A stretch of DNA of 64,000 nucleotides. It comes from Balanoglossus misakiensis (Eukaryota > Animalia > Hemichordata). The stretch covers positions 518,208 through 582,207 of the forward strand of contig CM082594.2 of assembly GCA_040954595.2 (NCBI GenBank). Direction: 5' to 3'. Positions 9,145 through 20,200 of the stretch are shown piece after piece; the stretch's first letter is position 1, and each line of letters begins with the position of its first letter. The notes beneath the pieces were generated by a model that was given only the letters and a program-made list of their open reading frames with translations, ran no database searches and was not told the origin of the DNA. A program made the position numbers and the translations under genes.

Positions 9145-12100
9145 ATACAATCAACATGTCATATATGATCAGGGCACCAAATTCGAAGAATAAAGGTTTT
9201 TTTATTTTTTTTTCTAAAAATGACATTTTCAAGGAAAATTTGGTAAAACGCAATTTTGTCTGCAGTGAGCCAAATTAGACGGTCTTTTGTGGAATTTGTA
9301 TCGATATATACATACGAAGAGCATTCTATACTCCATCAGATTTCCGAAAATGTAGAAAACAGGTATTTTTTGTAATTTTCAAAAATTTACCATTTTGACC
9401 AAATTGTGGCTAAAATTGTTATTTTCGTGATGAATGCCGCCAGTGTCACTGCTTTTAAAAGCCATAAAAACTTTTAACACACAAGCAATTGTTTATATAT
9501 GATCAGGTCACCGAATTAAAAATATAAAGAATGTTTTGCCTAAAAATGACATTTTTGGTGCAAAAACGAATAAAACGCAATCTTGTATTAAATCAGTTCG
9601 TTCAGAGTGCATGTTTTATAATAAGCACCATTTTTACATATAATGGAAATTTCATACATCATCAGATATCCAAATATGAAAATAGATTTTAGATGATTGT
9701 CCAAAATTAGCTGATATCTAATAAATGTAGTATTGAACCGTTCTGTCCCCCCCCCCCCCTTACATTATATGCGGTACGCCGATGTCAGCTTACCCGGCAG
9801 TACTGTAGGCCTTGCCCCCAACAAACGTCGGTGTTTGAAACGCCCTGGTTAAATTCGGGCTCTCTCTATAAATCGACAGGCAATAATGCAGTCCTACCGG
9901 AACAAATGTCGAGTGTTGACCCGCTGCGACTTTCCCTCTTCGGTTTGCCCAACTTAGCCAACGTCTTTGTACTAGAGTGTCGGGTCTTTTGCAGAGCCAG
10001 GCCGAAGGAAATCCGACTTGATCACCGTTGCTAACAAACGCTAGTGTCTGTCATGGTGTGCCGGGGTTTTAGTCGAGCCAGGCCGTAGGAGATCGGACTT
10101 GATCATCGTGGTCAATGTACGCGTGTTTCCGCTCTAAAGTGCCGGGGCTTCAGCTAAACCAGGCCGTAGGAAACCCGACGTGATTACCGTTGTTAACTTA
10201 CGCCAGTTTGTGTCCTATATATAGTGCCGGGGCATCAGCCGTGCCAGGCCGAAGGAAATGTGCGTAGATCAACGTGGTCTCTGTACGCGTGTTTCTGCTC
10301 TAGAGTGCCAGGGCTTTAGCCAAGCCATGCCGTAGGAAATCTGACTTGATCAACGTTGCTAACGAACGCTAGTGTCTGCCATAGTGTGCCGGGCTTTTAG
10401 TCGAGCCAAGCCGTAGGAGATCAGACTTGATCAACGTGGTCTCTGTACGCGTGTTTCTGCTCTAGAGTGCCGGGGCTTTATCCAACCCATGCCGTAGAAA
10501 ATCTGACTTGATCACCGTTGCTAACGTACGCTAGTGTCTGTCATATTGTGACGGAGATTTAGCCGAGCCAGGCCGTAGAAAAATCGACTTGTTCAACGTT
10601 ACCAGTGTGCAACTGTTTCTGCTCTAGAGTGTCAGGGTTTTAGCCGACTTATGCTGTAGGAAATCTGAGTTGATGAACGGGAATTCAATGTTAGAAAACC
10701 CGTGTGGAAAGTATCTCTACCCGTTTGAAACTAAGAAAAGAATTTATTCTTATTTATTTTGTAAAAAAGACAATTTTTCGAAAAAAAGTCGAAAAATTGC
10801 AATTTTGTCTTGGGTGATTCAAATTATACCGCCTTTTCTGGAATTTGCAGCACTTTTTACAAGAGAACGACACTTCATGCTCCATAATATTTCCGAAAAT
10901 GAAGAAAAGAGTTAATTTTTTATGATTTTTCAAAAATGTACCATTTTGTCAAAATATGGCCAAAATGGCTATTTTTTCTTGAATTCCGTCAATATCTCTG
11001 CATTTTTGGAGTGGTCGAAAGTTTTAACATACAATCAACATGTCATATATGATTAGGGCACCAAATTCGAAGAACGAAGGTTTTTTTATTTTATTTTTCT
11101 AAAAATGACATTTTCAAGGAAAATTTGGTAAAACGCAATTTTGTCTGCAGTGAGCCAAATTAGACGGTCTTTTGTGGAATTTGTATCGATATATATATAC
11201 GAAGAGCATTCTATACTCCATCAGATTTCCGAAAATGTAGAAAACAGGTATTTTTTGTAATTTTCAAAAATTTACCATTTTGACCAAATTGTGGTTAAAA
11301 TTGTTATTTTCGTGTTGAATGCCGCCAGTGTCACTGCTTTTAAAAGTCATAAAAACTTTTAACATGCAAGCAATTGCTTATATATGATCAGGCCACCGAA
11401 TTAAAAAAATAAAGAATGTTTTGCCTAAAAATGACCTTTTTGGTGCAAAAACGAATAAAACGGAATTTTGTATTAAATCAGCTCATTCAGAGTGCATTTT
11501 TTATAATCAGCACCATTTTTACATATATTGGAAATTTCATACATCATCAGATATCCAAATATGAAAAAATGATTTAGATTTTAGATGATTGTCCAAAATT
11601 AGCTGATATCTAATAAATGTAGTATTGAACCGTTCTGTCCCCCCCCCCCCCCCTACATTATATGCGGTACGCCGATGTCAGCTTACCCGGCAGTACTGCA
11701 GGCCGTGCCCCCAAATAACGTCGGTGTTTGAAACGCCCTGGTTAAATTCGGGCTTTCTCTATAAATTGACAGGCAATAATGCAGTCCTACCCGAACAAAT
11801 GTCGAGTGTTGACCCGCTGTGACTTTCCCTCTTCGGTTTGCCCGACTTAGCCAACGTCTTTGTACTAATGTGTCGGGTCTTTTGCAGAGCCAGGCCGAAG
11901 GAAATCCGACTTGATCACCGTTGCTAACGAACGCTAGTGTCTGTCATGGTGTGCCGGGGTTTTAGAAGAGCCAGGCCGTAGGAGATCTGACTTGATCATC
12001 GTGGTCAATGTACGCGTGTTTCCGCTCTAAAGTGCCGGGGCTTCAGCTAAACCATGCCGTAGGAAATCCGACGTAATCACCGTTGATAACTTACGCCAGT

Positions 12101-15100
12101 CTGTGTCATATAGAGCCGGTGCACCAGCCGAATCACGCCGTAGGAAATCTGACTTGATCAACGTGGTCTCCGTACGCGTGTTTCTGCTCTGGAGTGCCGG
12201 GGCTTTATCCAATCCATGCCGTAGAAAATCTGACTTGATCACCGTTGCTAACCTACGCTAGTGTCTGTCATATTGTGACGGAGATTTAGCCGAGCCAGGC
12301 CGTAGAAAATCTGACTTGATTACCGTTGCTAACGAACGCTAGTGTCTGTCATAGTGTGCCGGGGTTTTAGTCGAACCAAGCCGTAGGAGATCTGACTTGA
12401 TCATCGTGGTCAATGTACGCGTGTTTCCGCTCTAAAGTGCCGGGGCTTCAGCTAAACCAGGCCGTAGGAAATCCGACGTAATCACCGTTGATAACTTACG
12501 CCAGTCTGTGTCATATAGAGCCGGTGTACCAGCCGAGTCACGCCGTAGGAAATCTTACTTGATCAACGTGGTCAATGTACGCCTGTTTCTGCTCTAGAGA
12601 GCCGGGGCTTCAGCTGAGCCAGGCCGTAGGAAACCCGACGTGATTACCGTTGTTAACTTACGCCAGTTTGTGTCCTATATATAGTAACGGGGCATCAGCC
12701 GTGCCAGGCCGAAGGAAATGTGAGTAGATCAACGTGGTCTCTGTACGCGTGTTTCTGCTCTAGAGTGCCAGGGCTTTAGCCAAGCCATGTCGTAGAAAAT
12801 CTGACTTGATCACCGTTGCTAACGAACGCTAGTGTCTGTCATAGTGTGCCGGGGTTTTAGTCGAACCAAGCCGTAGGAGATCAGACTTGATCAACGTGGT
12901 CTCTGTACGCGTGTTTCTGCTCTGGAGTGCCGGGGCTTTATCCAAGCCATGCCGTAGAAAATCTGACTTGATCACCGTTGCTAACGTACGCTAGTGTCTG
13001 TCATATTGTGACGGAGATTTAGCCGAGCCAGGCCGTAGAAAAATCGACTTGTTCAACGTTACCAGTGTGCAACTGTTTCTGTTCTAGAGTGTCAGGGTTT
13101 TAGCCGACTTGTAGGAAATCTGAGTTGATGAACGGGAATTCAATGTTAGAAATCCGTGTGGAAAGTATCTCTACCCGTTTGGAACTAAGAAAAGAATTTA
13201 TTCTTATTTATTTTGTAAAAAAACAATATTTCGAAAAAAAGTCGAAAATGGTAATTTTGTCTTGGGTGATTCAAATTATACCGCCTTTTCTGGAATTTGC
13301 AGCACTTTTTACAAGAGAACGACACTTCATGCTCTATAATATTTCCGAAAATGAAGAAAAGAGTTAATTTTTTATGATTTTTTAAAAATTTACCATTTTT
13401 GTCAAAATATGGCCAAAATGGCTATTTTTTCTTGAATTCCGTCAATATCTCAGCATTTTTGGAGTGGTCGAAAGTTTTAACATACAATCAACATGTCATA
13501 TATGATCAGGCACTAAATTCGAAGAACAAAGGTTTTTTATTTTTTTTTCTAAAAATGACATTTTCATGGAAAATTTGGTAAAACGCAATTTTGTCTGCAG
13601 TGAGCCAAATTAGACGGTCTTTTGTGGAATTTGTATCGATATATACATACGAAGAGCATTCTATACTCCATCAGATTTCCGAAAATGTAGAAAACAGGTA
13701 TTTTTTGTAATTTTCAAAAATTTACCATTTTGACCGAATTGTGGCTAAAATTGTTATTTTCGTGTTGAATGCCGCCAGTGTCACTGCTTTTAAAAGTCAT
13801 AAAAACTTTTAACATACAAGTAATTGTTTATATATGATAAGGTCACCGAATTAAAAAAATAAAGAATGTTTTGACTAAAAATGACCTTTTTGGTGCAAAA
13901 ACGAATAAAACGCAATTTTGTATTAAATCAGCTCATTCAGAGTGCATTTTTATAATCAGCACCATTTTTACATATAATGGAAATTTCATACATCATCAGA
14001 TATCCAAATATGAAAAGATGATTTACATTTTAGATGATTGTCAAAAATTAGCTGATATCTGATAAATGTAGTATTGAACCGTTCTGTTCCCCCCCCCCCC
14101 CCTACATTATATGCGGTACGCTGATGTCAGCTTACCCGGCAGTACTGCAGGCCGTGCCCCCAACTAACGTCGGTGTTTGAAACGCCCTGGTTAAATTCGG
14201 GCTTTCTCTATAAATTGACAGGCAATAATGCAGTCCTACCGGAACAAATGTCGAGTGTTGACCCACTGTGACTTTCCCTGTTCGGTTTGCCCGACTTAGC
14301 CAACGTCTTTGTACTAGAGTGTCGGGTCTTTTGCAGAGCCAGGCCGAAGGAAATCCGACTTGATCACCGTTGCTAACGAACGCTAGTGTCTGTCATGGTG
14401 TGCCGGGGTTTTAGTCGAGCCAGGCCGTAGGAGATCTGACTTGATTATCGTGGTCAATGTACGCGTGTTTCCGCTCTAAAGGGCCGGGGCTTCAGCTACA
14501 CCAGGCCGTAGGAAATCCGACGTAATCACCGTTGATAACTTACGCCAGTCTGTGTCATATAGAGCCGGTGCACCAGCCGAGTCACGCCGTAGGAAATCTG
14601 ACTTGATCAACGTGGTCAATGTACGCCTGTTTCTGCTCTAGAGTGCCGGGGATTCAGCTGAGCCAGGCCGTGGGAAACCCGACGTGATTACCGTTGTTAA
14701 CTTACGCCAGTTTGTGTCCTATATATAGTGCCGGGGCATCAGCCGTGCCAGGCCGAAGGAAATGTGAGTAGATCAACGTGGTCTCTGTACGCGTGTTTCT
14801 GCTCTAGAGTGCCAGGGCTGTAGCCAAGCCATGCCGTAGGAAATCTGACTTGATCAACGTTGCTAACGAACGCTAATGTCTGTCATAGTGTGCCGGGGTT
14901 TTAGTCGAGCCAAGCCGTAGGAGATCAGACTTGATCAACGTGGTCTCTGTACGCGTGTTTCTGCTCTAGAGTGCCGGGGCTTTATCCAAGCCATGCCGTA
15001 GAAAATCTGACTTGATCACCGTTGCTAACGTACGCTAGTGTCTGTCATATTGTGACGGAGATTTAGCCGAGCCAGGCCGTAGAAAAATCGACTTGTTCAA

Positions 15101-15173
15101 CGTTACCAGTGTGCAACTGTTTCTGCTCTAGAGTGTCAGGGTTTTAGCCGACTTATGCTGTAGGAAATCTGAG

Positions 15174-16141
15174 TTGATGAACGGGAATTCAATGTTAGAA
15201 AACCCATGTGGAAAGTATCTCTACCCGTTTGAAACTAAGAAAAGAATTTATTCTTATTTATTTTGTAAAAAAGACAATTTTTCGAAAAAAAGTCGAAAAA
15301 TTGCAATTTTGTCTTGGGTGATTCAAATTATACCGCCTTTTCTGGAATTTGCAGCACTTTTTACAAGAGAACGACACTTCATGCTCCATAATATTTCCGA
15401 AAATGAAGAAAAGAGTTAATTTTTTATGATTTTTCAAAAATTTACCATTTTTGTCAAAATATGGCCAAAATGGCTATTTTTCTTGAATTCCGTCAATATC
15501 TCTGCATTTTTGGAGTGGTCGAGAGTTTTAACATACAATCAACATGTCATATATGATCAGGGCACCAAATTCGAAGAACAAAGGTTTTTCTATTTTTTTT
15601 TCTAAAAATGACATTTTCAAGGAAAATTTGGTAAAACGCAATTTTGTCTGCAGTGAGCCAAATTAGACGGTCTTTTGTGGAATTTGTATCGATATATACA
15701 TACGAAGAGCATTCTATACTCCATCAGATTTCCGAAAATGTAGAAAACAGGTATTTTTTGTAATTTTCAAAAATTTACCATTTTGACCAAATTGTGGCTA
15801 AAATTGTTATTTTCGTGATGAATGCCGCCAGTGTCACTGCTTTTAAAAGTCATAAAAACTTTTAACATACAAGCAATTGTTTATATATGATCAGGTCACC
15901 GAATTAAAAATATAAAGAATGTTTTGCCTAAAAATGACCTTTTTGGTGCAAAAACGAATAAAACGCAATCTTGTATTAAATCAGTTCATTCAGAGTGCAT
16001 GTTTTATAATAAGCACCATTTTTACATATAATGGAAATTTCATACATCATCAGATATCCAAATATGAAAAAATGATTTAGATTTTAGATGATTGTCCAAA
16101 ATTAGCTGATATCTAATAAATGTAGTATTGAACCGTTCTGT
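15174..16141 (+). repeat. Representative AT-rich module of one unit (~3 diverged ~330-bp subrepeats, rich in A/T tracts)
   Basis: In the unit at 10670, TTCCGAAAAT recurs at 10891 and 11227 (336 bp apart), with a diverged ATCCAAATAT at 11553. TTTTAACAT, ATATATGAT.AGG and CTAAAAATGAC are also duplicated at similar spacing. Confidence 0.85.
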
Positions 16142-16154
16142 CCCCCCCCCCCCC
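16142..16154 (+). repeat. Poly-C tract (one per unit, length variable, about 7-13 nt) at the AT/GC module boundary
   Basis: C13 here; only 7-8 C at ~45172 and ~47133; appears as a G run at ~1434-1444 in the inverted units. Confidence 0.9.
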
Positions 16155-16395
16155 TTACATTATATGCGGTACGCCGATGTCAGCTTACCCGGCAGTACTG
16201 TAGGCCGTGCCCCCAACAAACGTCGGTGTTTGAAACGCCCTGGTTAAATTCGGGCTCTCTCTATAAATCGACAGGCAATAATGCAGTCCTACCGGAACAA
16301 ATGTCGAGTGTTGACCCGCTGCGACTTTCCCTCTTCGGTTTGCCCAACTTAGCCAACGTCTTTGTACTAGAGTGCCGGGTCTTTTGCAGAGCCAG

Positions 16396-17209
16396 GCCGA
16401 AGGAAATCCGACTTGATCACCGTTGCTAACGAACGCTAGTGTCTGTCATGGTGTGCCGGGGTTTTAGTCGAGCCAGGCCGTAGGAGATCTGACTTGATCA
16501 TCGTGGTCAATGTACGCGTGTTTCCGCTCTAAAGTGCCGGGGCTTCAGCTAAACCAGGCCGTAGGAAATCCGACGTAATCACCATTGATTACTTACGCCA
16601 GTCTGTGTCATATAGAGCCGGTGCACCAGCCGAGTCACGCCGTAGGAAATCTGACTTGATCAACGTGGTCAATGTACGCCTGTTTCTGCTCTAGAGTGCC
16701 GGGGCTTCAGCTGAGCCAGGCCGTAGGAAACCCGACGTGATTACCGTTGTTAACTTACGCCAGTTTGTGTCCTATATATAGTGCCGGGGCATCAGCCTTG
16801 CCAGGCCGAAGGAAATGTGAGTAGATCAACGCGGTCTCTGTACGCGTGTTTCTGCTCTAGAGTGCCAGGGCTTTAGCCAAGCCATGCCGTAGGAAATCTG
16901 ACTTGATCAACGTTGCTAACGAACGCTAGTGTCTGTCATAGTGTGCCGGGGTTTTAGTCGAGCCAAACCGTAGGAGATCAGACTTGATCAACGTGGTCTC
17001 TGTACGCGTGTTTCTGCTCTAGAGTGCCGGGGCTTTATCCAACCCATGCCGTAGAAAATCTGACTTGATCACCGTTGCTAACGTACGCTAGTGTTTGTCA
17101 TATTGTGACGGAGATTTAGCCGAGCCAGGCCGTAGAAAAATCGACTTGTTCAACGTTACCAGTGTGCAACTGTTTCTGCTCTAGAGTGTCAGGGTTTTAG
17201 CCGACTTAT
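16396..17209 (+). repeat. Representative GC-rich module: ten tandem monomers (nine of 81 bp, one of 85 bp), alternating A/B types giving a 162-bp dimer
   Basis: In the preceding unit the GCCG(T/A)AG-type anchors fall at 14343, 14424, 14505, 14586, 14667, 14752, 14833, 14914, 14995, 15076 and 15157. Confidence 0.95.
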
Positions 17210-20200
17210 GCTGTAGGAAATCTGAGTTGATGAACGGGAATTCAATGTTAGAAAACCCGTGTGGAAAGTATCTCTACCCGTTTGAAACTAAGAAAAGAAT
17301 TTATTCTTATTTATTTTGTAAAAAAGACAATTTTTCGAAAAAAAGTCGAAAAATTGCAATTTTGTCTTGGGTGATTCAAATTATACCGCCTTTTCTGGAA
17401 TTTGCAGCACTTTTTACAAGAGAACGACACTTCATGCTCCATAATATTTCCGAAAATGAAGAAAAGAGTTAATTTTTAATGATTTTTCAAAAATTTACCA
17501 TTTTTGTCAAAATATGGCCAAAATGGCTATTTTTCTTGAATTCCGTCAATATCTCTGCATTTTTGGAGTGGTCGAGAGTTTTAACATACAATCAACATGT
17601 CATATATGATCAGGGCACCAAATTCGAAGAACAAAGGTTTTTTTATTTTTTTTTCTAAAAATGACATTTTCAAGGAAAATTTGGTAAAACGCAATTTTGT
17701 CTGCAGTGAGCCAAATTAGACGGTCTTTTGTGGAATTTGTATCGATATATACATACGAAGAGCATTCTATACTCCATCAGATTTCCGAAAATGTAGAAAA
17801 CAGGTATTTTTTGTAATTTTCAAAAATTTACCATTTTGACCAAATTGTGGCTAAAATTGTTATTTTCGTGATGAATGCCGCCAGTGTCACTGCTTTTAAA
17901 AGTCATAAAAACTTTTAACATACAAGCAATTGTTTATATATGATCAGGTCACCGAATTAAAAATATAAAGAATGTTTTGCCTAAAAATGACCTTTTTGGT
18001 GCAAAAACGAATAAAACGCAATCTTGTATTAAATCAGTTCATTCAGAGTGCATGTTTTGTAATAAGCACCAATTTTACATATAATGGAAATTTCATACAT
18101 CATCAGATATCCAAATATGAAAAAATGATTTAGATTTTAGATGATTGTCCAAAATTAGCTGATATGTAATAAATGTAGTATTGAACCGTTCTGCCCCCCC
18201 CCCCCCTTACATTATATGCGGTACGCCGATGTCAGCTTACCCGGCAGTACTGTAGGCCGTGCCCCCAACAAACGTCGGTGTTTGAAACGCCCTGGTTAAA
18301 TTCGGGCTCTCTCTATAAATCGACAGGCAATAATGCAGTCCTACCGGAACAAATGTCAAGTGTTGAACCGCTGTGACTTTCCCTGTTCGGTTTGCCCGAC
18401 TTAGCCAACGTCTTTGTACTAGAGTGTCGGGTCTTTTGCAGAGCCAGGCCGAAGGAAATCCGACTTGATCACCGTTGCTAACGAACGCTAGTGTCTGTCA
18501 TGGTGTGCCGGGGTTTTAGTCGAGCCAGGCCGTAGGAGATCTGACTTGATCATCGTGGTCAATGTACGCGTGTTTCCGCTCTAAAGTGCCGGGGCTTCAG
18601 CTAAACCAGGCCGTAGGAAATCCGACGTAATCACCGTTGATAACTTACGCCAGTATGTGTCATATAGAGCCGGTGCACCAGCCGAGTCACGCCGTAGGAA
18701 ATCTGACTTGATCAACGTGGTCAATGTACGCCTGTTTCTGCTCTAGAGTGCCGGGGCTTCAGCTGAGCCAGGCCGTAAGAAAACCCGACGTGATTACCGT
18801 TGTTAACTTACGCCAGTCTGTGTCCTATATATAGTGCCGGGGCATCAGCCGTGCCAGGCCGAAGGAAATGTGAGAAGATCAACGTGGTCTCTGTACGCGT
18901 GTTTCTGCTCTAGAGTGCCAGGGCTTTAGTTAAGCCATGCCGTAGGAAATCTGACTTGATCAACGTTGCTAACGAACGCTAGTGTCTGTCATAGTGTGCC
19001 GGGGTTTTATTCGAGCCAAGCCGTAGGAGATCAGACTTGATCAACGTGGTCTCTGTACGCGTGTTTCTGCTCTAGAGTGCCGGGGCTTTATCCGACCCAT
19101 GCCGTTGAAAATCTGACTTGATCACCGTTGCTAACGTACGCTAGTGTCTGTCATATTGTGACGAGATTTAGCCGAGCCAGGCCGTAGAAAAATCGACTTG
19201 TTCAGCGTTATCAGTGTGCAACTGTTTCTGCTCTAGAGTGTCAGGGTTTTAGCCGACTTATGCTGTAGGAAATCTGAGTTGATGAACGGGAATTCAATGT
19301 TAGAAAACCCGTGTGGAAAGTATCTCTACCCGTTTGAAACTAAGAAAAGAATTTATTCTTATTTATTTTGTAAAAAAGACAATTTTTCGAAAACAAGTCG
19401 AAAATGGTAATTTTGTCTTGGGTGATTCAAATTATACCACATTTTCTGGAATTTGCAGCACTTTTTACAAGAGAACGACACTTCATGCTCCATAATATTT
19501 CCGAAAATGAAGAAAAGAGTTTTATTTTTTATGCTTTTTTAAAAATGTACCATTTTGTCAAAATATGGCCAAAATGGCTATTTTTTCTTGAATTCCGTCA
19601 ATATCTCTGCATTTTTGGAGTGGTCGAAAGTTTTAACATACAATCAACATGTCATATATGATCAGGGCACCAAGTTCGAAGAACGAAGGTTTTTTTATTT
19701 TATTTTTCTAAAAATGACATTTTCAAGGAAAATTTGGTAAAACGCAATTTTGTCTGCAGTGAGCCAAATTAGACGGTCTTTTGTGGAATTGGTATCGATA
19801 TATATATACGAAGAGCATTCTATACTCCATCAGATTTCCGAAAATGTAGAAAACAGGTATTTTTTGTAATTTTCAAAAATTTACCATTTTGACCAAATTG
19901 TGGTTAAAATTGTTATTTTCGTGTTGAATGCCGCCAGTGTCACTGCTTTTAAAAGTCATAAAAACTTTTAACATGCAAGCAATTGCTTATATATGATCAG
20001 GTCACCGAATTAAAAAAATAAAGAATGTTTTGCCTAAAAATGACCTTTTTGGTGCAAAAACGAATAAAACGCAATTTTGTATTAAATCAGCTCATTCAGA
20101 GTGCATTTTTTATAATCAGCACCATTTTTACATATAATGGAAATTTCATACATCATCAGATATCCAAATATGAAAAAATGATTTAGATTTTAGATGATTG

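Noticed and set aside
9861-9895. TATA-like CTATAAAT in the linker as a promoter of a tandem RNA gene
   Set aside because: The nearest initiator-like GCAGT is only ~23 nt downstream. I recognise no snRNA, tRNA, 5S or histone sequence in the unit.
14343-15160. CRISPR-like array next to reverse transcriptases
   Set aside because: Monomers are homologous along their whole length with no unique spacers, and there are no cas genes. The RTs are ordinary LINE ORF2s bounded by TSDs.
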